This document shows positions 1 through 12,315 of a stretch of 64,000 nt of DNA, piece by piece. The notes beneath the pieces are model-generated. The model was not told where the DNA came from. It saw nothing but the letters and a program-made list of their open reading frames with translations, and did not search any database. Position numbers and translations under genes: made by a program. Each line of letters starts with the position of its first letter. The first letter of the stretch is position 1. The stretch is from Octopus vulgaris (Eukaryota), in NCBI GenBank assembly GCA_951406725.2, contig OX597818.1:68076001-68140000 (forward strand), in the 5' to 3' direction.

Positions 1-231
1 CCATGCATACCGTCGTCTCCTCTCCACGCCACCGATGTTATCCAAGAGAAAGGCAAACACCGATACAACTTGGCGCCAGTGACGTCGCAACTCATTTCTA
101 GAGATGTGTGAAATGGAAAAACAAAAAGTAAAGTGACTTGCTCAAGACCAGAACACACATCCCGGTTCGGGAAGCGAACTCACTACCCGATGATTGCGAA
201 CCCAACGCTCAAGTCACTCAGCCATACGCTT
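1..231 (-). mobile_element. tRNA-derived CORE-type SINE, degenerate, runs off the window edge
   Basis: Minus strand has tRNA-like A box (tggctgagtgac) and B box (gagttcgcttcc), then a CORE-like tcttgagcaagtcacttt. A related copy lies at about 37910-38203. Confidence 0.6.
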
Positions 232-263
232 TCAGAATAACTGGTGAAATATATTGACGCAGG

Positions 264-667
264 AAGGCGGCGAGCTGGCAGAATCGTTAGCACCCGGGCG
301 AAATGCTTCGCTGTATTTCGTCTGCTGCTACGTTCTGATTTCAAATTCCGCCGAAGTCGACTTTGCCTTTCATCCTTTCGGGGTCGATCAATTAAGAACC
401 AGTTACACACTGGGGTCGATGTAATCGACTGTGTCCTCACTGTGTGTAGCCCCTTGTGGGCAGTAAAGAAATGAGAAACTTTAGCACGCTAGGGGAAATG
501 CTTAAAGGTCTGTCTTTACGTTCTGAGTTCAAATTCCGCCGAGGTCGACTTTGACGTTCATTCTTTCAGTGTCGATAAATTAAGTACCAAATGCGTACTG
601 GGGACGATCTAATTGACTTGCCCCCTCCCCCCAAATGTCGGGCCTTGTGCTTAGAGTAGAAACGAAT
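264..667 (+). mobile_element. SINE family B dimer (tRNA-derived head, gcctttcatcctttcggggtcgat central domain)
   Basis: aaggcggcgagctggcagaa head and central domain, followed by a second 5'-truncated unit. Degenerate flanking repeat atatattgacgcagg / atatatagaagcagg. Confidence 0.85.
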
Positions 668-2689
668 ATATAGAAGCAGGGTAGTTGGTAGATGGTATCT
701 ATGAACTCTGCAAATTATAGATACAGTGGGATTTGAACGCATGACTACCTGTTAATTCGTTTAATTCTAATCCCGCTGAAACAAACCAATTTTCAATTTC
801 CATTTAATTTCTCTTTCACATGGTTCAGTCCTTGGACCGTGGCTGCGCATGCGTCTCCACTTGAAATAATTAGAGGACCTTAGAGACTTAATTATATATA
901 CATATCTTATTTTGGTGTATGATTCATGTTCCTGTGTTGGTAATTATACCTGTCCTAAACAAAATAGCATTACTTTTGACTCACCCTCGTATAAAAATAA
1001 AAATTACGTGTAAAACCAGAAAATTTTGAGATAAGTGGAAGTTGAGCAAATAACATACGAAAGGAAAAATGTAGAATAAGTTGTGGAAAAGCATAGAAAT
1101 ATGTGACTACATCGTCGGTCAAAGGAAACGTATCATGATCATGAGAAAAAAAAAGAATAGCGGATGATCTGATAGTCTGAGTTGGCCTCTTAAGGAAAGT
1201 GAATGAAAAGCGGTAAGATACACCAACAACTGCAGCAGCAACAACACACCGACTTCCTACACAACCGCTGAGCCTGGATGCGCATTCATCCATCCGTCGA
1301 TGCACTCGGTGTCGGGGGGTTGACCTGCTTTCTCTTCTGCGGGTCTTACGAATAGCAAAGGACCGCGTTTCGGACTTCTCCCATCTTGCTAGCTCTGGGA
1401 CGAAAACCGTTCGCTCAACAGCAACAGCAGCAGCAACAACAACTATCTCACAGGGAATTTATCCAAGAGACAAAGAAATAGAAATGATACCAAAATGTCG
1501 ATGCTAGTTAATATGACAAGCTTAGTGAAAAGTTACACATAAGCAACGGGCTTCAAGAAAGTTTTCATTATTAAATTCCTTTCGAAGCTTCACTCTGACC
1601 GGCGTTCCTGTAGAAGCCCTTGGCCACGGTGTCATAGAGTAGGACCGAACCCAAGTCTGGTGGGGAAGCATGTCTTCACTTGTTTATGTCTTCGACTTGT
1701 AGTTTAAAGTGTTTATGTCTAAATTAATATTAGACTTCATAATTTTATGTAAATATCTTTAAAATTATGTTTCAAACAATTGCATAAGTATGAAGGCTTA
1801 CTTAGTTTAATAACTCTTTAAAACTTGGTTATTTCGGAAATTAATTGATAGTCAAAGCCTGAAGATAGAACCAAACACTAGTCATTACGTGTATCTGTGT
1901 AAGTTAGTGCACAGTTGAACAGCAGCTGCATGAAACTGCACTAACATACTTATGCGTTGTTATGCAGCATAACATTGTTAAAATAATACACAAAGCAATC
2001 TGTAGTAATTTATAATTAGTGAGAGAGAGATAGAAAATTTATAACCAACTGCTTGAGAACCTACTTCTTTGCAACCCAGCTAAGAAATTAATGGTTACAT
2101 CCATAATCGTTCGAACATGTAGTTATGTTTCGAAATTCTTGAATAATCGATTCTGAAAAAGTTTTGTGAGGTGGTTCGGGTTAAGAAAGAAACCATCAAA
2201 CTTGCATTCTGCCAGTTCAAGCTGCAAGCGAAACAATAAAAATATGAAAGGCAATTTTTTTTTTTACAATTTTGCATATAATTATTTACTTTGGTTTCTA
2301 TCAAAATTCCAATGAAAGGGAATTCTTTGATTCAAGTTAGTTAATCGAGGATGCCCTTGCAGAATTCTGGCTGAGATTTCAATTGTAACTCTTTTTGCAG
2401 TCTAGAACCACGCATAAAAGAAAAAAGTGTCACCATAGAAGGAATTCATGTCTACGCAAATATGGTTGGGCCATTCATCCCCGGATTACTTAGAGTTAAG
2501 GCAGCGAACATCAAGAGGAACGAGAAAATGTATACACAGTTATATTTATATTGGGAAAAGGAATGATTTGTTCACACAGCCATTTGTAAGACGAAGCGAG
2601 GTGGAATTAAATTCAGATATAACTATTTAGTTTTCATATATGTAAAGTGTGTGTGTGCGTGTGTGTGTATTAGTTTAAAGTCTTAACAC

Positions 2690-3020
2690 AAGGTCAGCAA
2701 TTTGGGAGGAGGGGTTAAATAGATTACATTGATACCCATGTTGAAATAGTACGTATTTTATCGACCCAGAAGGATAAAAGGCAAAGTCAGCGCCGGCAGG
2801 ATTTTAACTCAGAATGTAAAGGCAAACGAAATGTTAAGTATTTTGCCCGACGCGCTAACGATTCTGCCAGTTCCGCCGAGGTCGACTTTGCCCATCATTC
2901 TTTTGGGGGTCGATTAAATAAGTACCAGTTACGCACTAGAGTTGATGTAATCGACATAATCCCTTTGTCTGTTCTATTTTGGCCGCTCTATGTTTAGCCC
3001 CTTGTGGGCAATAAAGAAGT
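2690..3020. mobile_element. SINE family B, minus-strand fragment fused head-to-head to a plus-strand fragment
   Basis: 2690-2870 matches family B reverse-complemented and 2871-3020 matches it forward. Confidence 0.7.
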
Positions 3021-4115
3021 AAATATGTATTAGAACCGAAGCGATCCGATTTCCAAGGCTCAGTTTATCCCTCAGTTATAATGCACAATAGAATACTCTG
3101 CATCTGTATTGAGTCCTTTAATTTATCGCTCGTGGTGAATCAACAGAGATTAATAAATGCGAGGGCAAGCGCGCGTGTGCATGTGTGTGACAGCTTGACT
3201 CGGCTCTTCAGTACTTAAAGATTTGGGAGTATAAGACATGGAAACCCAATCAGATGTTCAAAGACAGAATGGTGGGGGTGGAATTAAAAGGAATTTCAAA
3301 TGGATTTAAGATATTAAAGCCTCTATTGATTAGTTAAGTTCACGTCTCCAACACTGTACGATAAAACAGATGCAAACATGCATTCTCCTAATATTTGCTC
3401 TACTTTCTAAGATTTAAATGCTGAAACCATTCCAAATTCCTATAAAGAGTTTCCTGCCTTTCAACGGCTGTGATCTGTAGAGCCAGACTCAGGCCGTCTG
3501 ATGTCATCTCAAGACCATCTACGGCTTAAACAGAACACCTGTACTGCCCTAAGTGTTGTGACGGGGAAAAACCCCATCTCCGCATGTCGCTTCATTCGGA
3601 GACTCCCTAATGAATTGAAACAACTTCTTCCATATTTCACTGAATATCTATTAAAGAATATCATCTTGTTCACCTGGAGTTCGTAATTACTGACACTGAA
3701 CGTTCTCCGAAAGCCTTGTAGTATCAATCTGCAGGAGGAAATGACTTTCGTTTTTATTGTCGCCACCAAATATTATTGAACTGCAGACCGTTGGCTGCTG
3801 AGAAACCAGGTATACCATTCTATGCTTAACTGATTCATACACATGTGGAAGTTGTAACAGGTACAACAACCGGAAGAATAACGACCCACAAATATCCCCC
3901 AGGTGAACTCAGGTGTGGCACGACATTCTCTTCCTTTGATAACTGTTTCCGATAAGAATAGTCATGCTTTCCAAAATGATGACTATTTAACTAATTGACA
4001 CTAACAGCCTGCTTACCCTACCAATTGCGGTAGACGCAGAAAAGGACAGGTGTCGAGAAATATTTTGTACTCTTGAAGGCCAGAACTGGATGTTACATTT
4101 GTGTTTGTTTGAACG

Positions 4116-4154
<39 letters not shown>

Positions 4155-4316
4155 TTAATGTCCACTTTTCCGAGCTTGCATCGGTCAAACGTCATCCGCC
4201 AAACCTCCCCTGCTTCTAAGCTTTTCATCATAGTCTCTTCTCACACACACGCAAACTTTAATTTAGCAACCATTTCACCAGGCAGCAAATAGATATTGTA
4301 TAATGGCTTGTAATTA

Positions 4317-4517
4317 TTAGCAGAAGGCCAGCAGATATGGGGGAAAGTATAACTCTATTACATCGATCCCAGTACTTAACCGGTACTTATTTTAACGAGT
4401 CCGAAAGAAGTGAATGGCAAATTTGTACTCGAATTTGAATTGAGAACCTAAAAATGGAAAAAATGTCGCTAAGTATCTCACCTCTCGAGCTTACGATTCT
4501 GCCAGCTCGCCGCCTTA
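4317..4517 (-). mobile_element. SINE family B, older copy
   Basis: Ends in ctgccagctcgccgcctt (head, reverse-complemented). Flanked by the direct repeat agatattgtata, a probable TSD. Confidence 0.75.
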
Positions 4518-5041
4518 AAGCAGATATTGTATATTAATCCAAATCTGAATTCAGTAATTATTATAATTTCTTTGCATTACTTTACAATCACATTTATATT
4601 AAAACTATTATTAAATGAGAATTCACGTTAACTTGTAATGATTTGCCTATCGAAAAATCAGTCTAAAATAAAGATTGGAAAAACTGATAAAGTTCATTAG
4701 CGCCGAAAATTATTGATTATAACGCGGGCTGGGGTGGGGGTTTCTACTTCGTCAGAGATTAGGAAAACTGGATAAGAAATAAAGTTGACCTTTTTAGGTG
4801 GGGAAATGGATCAGCAATCAAGAAAAGTGGTATGAAAAAATTGGTAAGCCAAGGATACAAAGTACAAAAATTGGAGGAATTTTAAAAAGTTAGAAGAAAT
4901 AGAAAGGTTGTACCATTATCCATCCAGAGAAATAAATGAATTACCCGTGTCAGTTCAGATTATTATGAAGGTGAAATGGATTAAAAGATGTTGGTACACG
5001 AAATAACCACGAGTCACAGTTATGAGAATAATTAAAGATTT

Positions 5042-6511
5042 CACTGGTCAACAAGTATTTTTCTTGAATCATATGTCAAGGTGAGTGTAGCTTTTAATGT
5101 TGATTTCAAATATAGAATTAGTTTTTTGACATCACGTACAGGTTTCAAAATGAGAAAGGTTTTGTGTTTTAGCTCATGCACTATATGCAAATTCCAGTTT
5201 ATGACATGTATGCATGCATTTCATTTACATTATGGAAACATACCTTTAAAATAAACTACATCATTTATTGCTGCAGAGTTCAAATGCAATATTTCATCAT
5301 TTTTAGTGCGGCGAGCTGGCAGAAACGTTAGCACGCCGGGTGAAATGCGTAGCCGTATTTCGTCTGCCGTTACGTTCTGAGTTCCAATTCCGCCGAGGTC
5401 GACTTTGCCTTTCCTCCTCTCGGGATCGATTAAATAAATACCAGTTACGCATTGGGGTCGATGTAATCGACTTAATCCGTTTGTCTGTCCTTGTTTGTCC
5501 CTTCTGTGTTTAGCCCCTTGTGGGCAGTAAAGAAATTGGTATTTTGCCTGTCTTTACGTTCTGAATTCAAATTCTGCCGTGGTCGACTTTGCCTTTCATC
5601 CTTTCGGGGTTGATAAATTTAGTACCTGTGGCGAACTGGTTTCGATCTAATCGACTAGCACCCTCCCCAAAATTTAGGGCCTTCTATTGCCTCCTTTACA
5701 CACAAAGCTTGGTCTCATGAAACAGTGCGTAAAGACACTAAAGGGAGAGAAATGCCAGAGGGTTTCAGAATATTGTAGAAGGCTTTCCCAAAGTCACGCA
5801 GGCGAAGTTGAAAGAGGTTATCTTTGTCGGACTCCAAATTAGATAAGTACTCAAAGATGTCAACTTCAAGACAACACTGGATGAAATGGAATTACCTGCT
5901 TTGAATGCTTTCAGTTGAATCTGTGAGAATCTCTTGGGCAACAAAAGGCAATGGACTACAAAGTTGGCATCAAGAATCTTCTGAAATATTACTCAGCAAT
6001 GGGTTGTCGCATGTCTCTGAAAGTTCACTTCTTGGACTCCCACCTGGATTTCTTCGCCGTGTCTGATGAATATAGTGAAAGATTTCACCGGGACATTAAT
6101 GCTATGGAGAAACGGTACCAATGCTTCTGGAACGGCAGCTGGCTGTCTACTGCTGGACACTTTACCCTGATTAACCAGATGAAGAACACCGCAGAATATC
6201 CAAGTCACAACGTTTCTAACTCTGTTGTTCTAACTTTGTATGTTCTAATTTTGTCTATTCACTCTTTGTAGAATCAAGGTGATGATTTTTAACTCAATAA
6301 ACGCCTTTACTTTCTAAAAATAATATGTCCGTATTTATTACGTTAATGATTTCATATATACAAATATGTAAATATTAGCATATATCTACTGAAAAACTGA
6401 TACGTGCTGCATACAAATGAAGTAAAATTTTAAAATCAGCACGAAAAATTAGTCTTAAAAGTTGGTTTGCATTCATAATGAGTATAATATATTTAATTTT
6501 GTTGACCAGTG
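5042..6511 (+). mobile_element. Chapaev-type (CMC superfamily) DNA transposon, internally deleted, with transposase C-terminal remnant
   Basis: 13-bp TIRs CACTGGTCAACAA (5042) and TTGTTGACCAGTG (6511) with ttt on both flanks. 5684-6200 encodes LLPPLHTKLGLMKQ...AKLKEVIFVGLQIR* and MGCRMSLKVHFLDSHLDFF..AVSDEYSERFHRDINAMEKRYQ, with stops and frameshifts. Confidence 0.8.
5305..5683 (+). mobile_element. SINE family B dimer nested in the Chapaev element
   Basis: Full unit 5305-5537 plus a 5'-truncated second unit joined at agaaattggtatttt. Confidence 0.85.
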
Positions 6512-6589
6512 TTTTTAAAAGGGAACAGACGGAGATTAAGCTTTTGTGATAAAGGCATGGTAGAAGACAGGAGCAGGTGCTCGCATACG

Positions 6590-6810
6590 TACATATATAT
6601 ACATACATACATACATATATATATATATACATGCACAATCACACACGCACATACACACACACACACATCATGGAGATATATAAGGAATTGTGTATATATA
6701 TAATCACTTAAATACATATATAAATATATATATATACTCACAATCATCTCTCTCTCTCTCTCTTCTCTCTTTGTCTCCTCTATCTCTTTCCTCTCCCTCT
6801 CTCTCTCTCT

Positions 6811-6859
<49 letters not shown>

Positions 6860-6940
6860 TAAATATATATATACTCACAATCATCTCTCTCTCTCTTTTC
6901 TCTCTTTGTCTCCTCTATCTCTTTCTCTCTCTCTCTCTCT

Positions 6941-6981
<41 letters not shown>

Positions 6982-6992
6982 TATATACATAC

Positions 6993-7023
<31 letters not shown>

Positions 7024-7100
7024 CATTTATACATATATATATATATATATATATAAACACGCACACACACACACACATATATATATATACACACACACAC
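6590..7100. repeat. Compound (TA)n/(CA)n/(TC)n microsatellite with a short internal duplication
   Basis: Seen directly. atactcacaatcatctctc...ccctata occurs twice. Confidence 0.95.
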
Positions 7101-7149
7101 AGCCCTATACACTCTGGAAAAAGATCTTCTTCTGTCACTTCTGTCTCCT

Positions 7150-7510
7150 GCTTAACTCTTTATTATTCTATCTAGTATTTTATTCATTATTTTAGTCTTT
7201 ATAGACTGTCTAGGACTTTCACTCATACATACCCGTCTTATCTCTGATGACAGAATACCCAGTATACGAACATGATTGCCTATCTCTTGGGATATCCCAG
7301 AAACTGCTGCAAGTCTTACCCTAATTAAATATTCTAAATGACTTGAGATACTTGTCTTGCCTTTGTTTCGATCATTTTCCTTTCGTATAATACATACCTG
7401 CTAACACAGAAGCCTATTACAGATCCCTAGGACCAGCATCAGCCGTGAACTTGGAACCTAATAGATGACCAGTTATAACATTTACTCAGCGTACCTACTC
7501 GTGTAGATCA
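7150..7510 (+). mobile_element. PLE pLTR-like non-coding element containing a degenerate hammerhead (7240-7315)
   Basis: Aligns along its length with 62230-62610. CTGATGA...GAAACTGCTGCA, with U16.1 replaced by C. Confidence 0.7.
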
Positions 7511-7676
7511 CCAGTCAACTAACACCCTCCCCATATCCTTGATATATGTCTGTGTGTGTGTGTTTGTATGTGTATGTATGTATGTACGTATGTCTGTATG
7601 TCTGTCTGTATGTATGTATGTATGTATGTATGTATAGAGTGTTTGAAGTGGTGTACAGATATTGTATATTAACACG

Positions 7677-7866
7677 AAGGTGACCGTCAGTGTTTTGGAT
7701 AATTCTTTATTAGCGCTTTCGTTCGTGTAACCGAACATTTCAGAAAAAATTGAAAACAAAATAATGGTTTTAATTTCTTACATTATTTTGGTTTTAATAT
7801 TCCCTTAAGAGTTCGGTTAAACGAACGCCAGCGCTAATAAGAATTATCCAAAATTCTGATTACCTT
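7677..7866. repeat. Imperfect fold-back with a degenerate hammerhead on each arm
   Basis: Arms ttttggataattctttattagcgctttcgttcgtgtaaccgaac and gttcggttaaacgaacgccagcgctaataagaattatccaaaa. Confidence 0.85.
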
Positions 7867-8509
7867 TCTTTTTAAATTTAGAGGAAAGAAATGGGGAGAG
7901 AATAAAAAACTTTTTTTAATCTTGTGGATTTAGCAATCAAGCATGGCGACTGGTTGAGAAAAAGAGGTTTGAGAAAAGAGTTAGAAAGAAGGGAGATATT
8001 GAAGAATTGGTGATCCGAAGACGAAGATTCACGCGTATGTGTATGTGAGAATGTGTGTGTTTGTGGATAGGGGCTAGTTACTTTGACGTGTGTATGTGTG
8101 AGAGTGTAAGTGTGTGCGTCTGTAATGTGTAGGTGTGCAGATGATGGCGTGTGGGTGTGCAGATGATGTTGTGTGGTGTGGGTGTTGATTTTTTTAGTAT
8201 AACACCTACGCTAATTCTATAAACAAGCCTGTCGATATAAATATTCTCCTGAATTGAACTGAGACTGCCAGCCGCCACTGACCATTCAAAATACGACCAT
8301 CAGGGCACTCCCAGATTCTCCCACCCCCTTTCCTCACCAGCCTTCCCTCTACTACCCTACCAAGAACTCACAACTACCTCGAACACACAAGTGCAAACAA
8401 GGGAGTCAGAGAAAGGCAGAATGCCACTTAAATCTGAACACTACTATAGAAATATTGTTTTAAAAAAACTTTTCTTCTAATTTTTCTAAATTTAATTATT
8501 TAATCGTTA

Positions 8510-8547
8510 CAGTTGAAAAGGTCTCAAAATGACCGAAACCGGTACTG
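8510..8547 (+). ncRNA. Minimal type I hammerhead ribozyme, core degenerate
   Basis: CAG-ttgaaaa-GGTC tcaaaat GACC-GAAACCGGTA-CTG. Stems I and II and palindromic stem III (ACCGGT) are intact; the CUGAnGA box is mutated. Confidence 0.65.
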
Positions 8548-8712
8548 AAATGTTCACTATAAAATTATTTTAGCATTTTCTATTTTTTACTTGTTTTTTC
8601 ATATATATATATATATATATATAGGGAGAGTATACGAAAAAAACAAAAGACGAAGACAGGTGGTGTACAAAACAAATAGATGTATTAGTATAAAGCTCAG
8701 AAATAGAAAAAA

Positions 8713-8754
8713 GTCTTTTACGTTTCGAGCCTACGCTCTTCTACAGAAAGGGAC
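8713..8754 (-). ncRNA. Hammerhead-like motif with variant core CUGUAGA
   Basis: Minus: CTTT-CTGTAGA-A-GAGC gtag GCTC-GAAACGTA-AAAG. Lies in a ~170-bp element (8623-8790) repeated at 41736-41885. Confidence 0.6.
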
Positions 8755-9695
8755 ACAGAAAAAACAAGGAGAGAAAAAAATGTGTGTAGTGGCTAACGAT
8801 TTATCATGGCGACTGCCAGACAGAAGGGTCACACACGAGAGGGAAGAAGTAGGGGAGATAACAAAGTAAAGTTGACCCCCAACACGAAGGTGCGTGTGTG
8901 TATAACAGAGTATGTATGTGCGTGTGAAAGAGGGCTGGTGGTCTGGGCGTGTGCGTGTATGTATGTGTAGGTGTGAAAATGTGGAGATGTGAATTGGTCA
9001 GTGCTAGTGTGTGGGTGGTGTGTTGTGATGTAATGTGTAATGTAGTGTGGTGTGATGTTGTTAGGACATATATATATAGTGTCGTTCATATACACACACC
9101 AATGGTTTACTCAAATAAATATACAGATGATTTATATGCGTGAAGCATAGTAATACGAATACCGTTCAGTATGATGTGATAGCATGTATCTTTCGGTAGA
9201 GAAGTACATTTACGTAGGTAAGTAATCAACAAGTATATTCTCATACGTTCCACCTTTAATCCACTGAGGCATAAATGATATGACGGCAAAAGGGATTCGG
9301 GGCTGCACCGACATGAGATTAGATTTCTTTTCAGCTCAGTTAACAAGATCAATGTGTTATTATGCCTTCTGCACAAGAACCTAACGCAGTCCGAGAATTG
9401 ATCACACGATCTTGTAATTAGGAGTGAAAATTGTCTTCATATAAACACATATACGCATAAACAACTATCAACTTTCCCACGCTTTCATTTCAGTAAATAA
9501 GTTTTTACCAATATTCCTAACTTCATATCAGGAAATTTAATGCAGCCGACATAATAATTCAGTTTTACTTGAAAACATAAAACAAAGGCAAGTGAACTAG
9601 TAGCATAGGTGGGCGGAGTCATTCGACTAAGCGGCATGATTGACAGGTAAACAACTGGTTAGCGTTACCATGTCCTGCTCTGTATTTATTATATA

Positions 9696-10944
9696 CTAAC
9701 AGAGATACCCGGCGTTGCCCGGTTACATTCAATTGAAGAATTAGACTTTTCTGTTATATTTTCTGAATGAACTAGAATATCTGTTTCAAATTTCATCAAA
9801 ATTGCAGATGAGGGTTATTTCCCTCTTTACACACCCTAAAACAATTGTATTCGTGCCACATGTATCCCATACTACTGATTTTTTTGCACATATTCCAAAG
9901 TTCCAGTCTTATTGAACCTGTTAAAAGGATTTTGCTCCTGAAAAATGGAGGTCATGGAGCTCTAAAATGTGAGAGTTAAGGCACCTGTTGGGGGTGGGCA
10001 TCTTAATGTCAACCAGAGAAGTTGAATTGTTGAAAACTTAGGTCTTAAAACTATTGTTTGAATTTCTTTGAAATAGGAAATATATGTTCACTGGGTTTGT
10101 AAAAGAGAGCAAAACTACAGGAAACCAAAAGAAAAATGATCACAATAAACAGTCAGTTACCCTACCCTAATCGTTACAACTCCCAATGTAGAATTCCTCA
10201 CCATCCAGGTGACAGGCACAGCCGTAAGATGCATAACGAATCTATAGCAATTGGAAGGGTGTGACCCAACTGAAATCAACATTAACAACTGTGTAACGTG
10301 AGGGCTTAGGAAAAATTAAAGTGTCACCTCTGGAGTTTGCAAATGACCACTATACTGATAGGTAACTGGACAGAATATATTTAAAATCTATAAATGTCTT
10401 TGAATAACCAGTCACTCATCTGGGAAGGCCTTGTAATCAATGTTACCACCTGGGGACTATGTGTGACCGAGTGATAATAAAACGACTGAAAGGAGGTATG
10501 CAATCAAATAACTTTACTCAACACTTTGCAACTGAATCAGTGGAGACAAAGGTGCCTCTCATTTACTTAACAATTTATGCACCACGTTGCAGAAATCACA
10601 ATGTAAGTGTATGTCAAAGCAAACTGTTACACTGTTGTACCATTGAATTAGAAATAATGCCCAACTTTTATGCTCGGGTAACCCTACAGCTTCCAAGAGC
10701 ACAACTGTATTCGTTTTTGCTTAGATAAAATGACAAAATTGTGGTCGTTAAGTCCCCATGGAGGGGTCATTCTAACTTTGTAAGGAGATGAAATTTTATA
10801 AATATTACTTCATTTGTGTCTAATATCTATGGTTAAAATTTCATCAACAGCAAAAATATATGTACTTTTGACTTAGCTTTGGATCATAAAATAAATGACT
10901 AAAATTTGGGAGTTAAGGCTCCCATTAGGGTGTTATATATATAT

Positions 10945-10949
<5 letters not shown>
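9696..10949 (-). mobile_element. Non-autonomous Helitron-like element
   Basis: Minus strand begins TCTATATATATATAAC (~10949) and ends with the hairpin ccgggcaacgccggg plus TTAG|T (CTAG variant). Same terminal design as 53281-53663. Confidence 0.6.
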
Positions 10950-11027
<78 letters not shown>

Positions 11028-11035
11028 TAGATATA
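10946..11035. repeat. (AGAT)n microsatellite
   Basis: Seen directly. Confidence 0.95.
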
Positions 11036-11329
11036 TACACACACAAAGATAAATTGATAGATACAACTGAGTGGGCAAACAAAGATATGAGACACAGCCT
11101 AGTGCTTTTTTATGTTGATAAGCCTAGTACTTATTATATTAGTTTGTTCTTGTGAAACCAGTAAGTTATGTGGATGTAAATAAATGAACAGCAGTTGTGA
11201 AGCAGTGATGAGGGCGAAGCACAGAGACAAAGACACACACATACACTTACATATGTACATACATACATATATATACGATTGATTTGTTTCAGTTCCTGTC
11301 TACGAAATCCATATGTATTGTTGCTACGA

Positions 11330-12206
11330 TCCTTTTTGTCTTGGGAGACAATGGAGTTGCGCATAAAATAATCTAGTCCGGCTTTTACATTTCATGTCCT
11401 AATACATCTCCTGCTGTGGCTGTGTAGTCCTATCGTGGACAAACACTCCCTCTGGCAGGTGCCGCAAATGTAGCGAAGACTTTGCCTGGCTGTTCTAACG
11501 TCATACTTTCTTGTTGACGTCTTTTCTTGTCTTTCCATTTCTCCTCTCCCTCTATGTCACTCCTTTGTGTTCCCTCTTTTACGGTACGTCGCCAATCTCC
11601 GCGGTTGCTGGCAACTGCTTCCCAGTTGGTAATATTGATGTTGCAGGCATTCAAGTCCCTTTTGCAAACATCCTTGTATTGTAAGAACAGTCTTCCCACA
11701 GACCTAGTACCCCTAGCAAGCTCTCCGTTGAGTATGTTCTTGGGGATTCTGCCATCTTCCATACAGCTAACATGTCCAAGCCATCTCATATGTCTTTGTG
11801 TGAGGAGTGTAAACATGCTTGGTATTCCTGCTTGCTTGAGGACATCATTGTTGGGGGACATGATTCTGCCATTTGATGCGAAGGATTTTCGGGAGGCAGC
11901 GCAGGTGAAAAATATTTAGGCGACGTATGTCGTCGTATGGCGTGTGTATGGCGTCCAAGTCTCACTTCCATACAGTAGAGTGCTAAGTACACATCCCTGG
12001 TAAATCTTCATTTTTGTGGTCTTGGCCAGCTTATTGTTGCCCCATGCCCGTTTGGAGAGTTGGGCCATCACAGCAGCTGCCTTGCCAATGCGTATATTGA
12101 GCTCAGTATCAAGGGATAGGTTGTAGGTGACGGTATAGCCAAGACAGGTAAACTTCTCCACCTCCTGTAGTCTGTGATCTCCGATATATATGTTTAGGAT
12201 GGTCAA
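11330..12206 (-). mobile_element. RTE-clade (BovB-like) LINE, 5'-truncated RT C-terminal pseudogene
   Basis: VEKFTCLG..ELNIRIGKAAAVMAQLSKRAW..KMKIYQGCVLSTLLYGSETW..MRWLGHVSCMEDGRIPKNILNGEL..YKDVCKRDL..GLHSHSRRC across frameshifts, with an RTE-like 3' tail ctccattgtctcccaagac. Confidence 0.92.
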
Positions 12207-12315
12207 TGTAGAATTTTGACATCTACGAATATTTATTTCCCCCCACTGTATGTGTGTGTATATAGTTGAAAATGATTAGACATTTATAAAAATCAAATTT
12301 TTCTATCTAAATGTT

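Noticed and set aside
3039-3131. Minus-strand hammerhead candidate (AAGGACTCA/TGAGCCTT stem plus GAAATCGGATC)
   Set aside because: There is no recognisable CUGAnGA at the required position.
9600-9660. Cluster of GGGCGG, TGACAG and GTAAACAA motifs as a promoter or enhancer
   Set aside because: Short motifs occur by chance, and no associated gene is visible.
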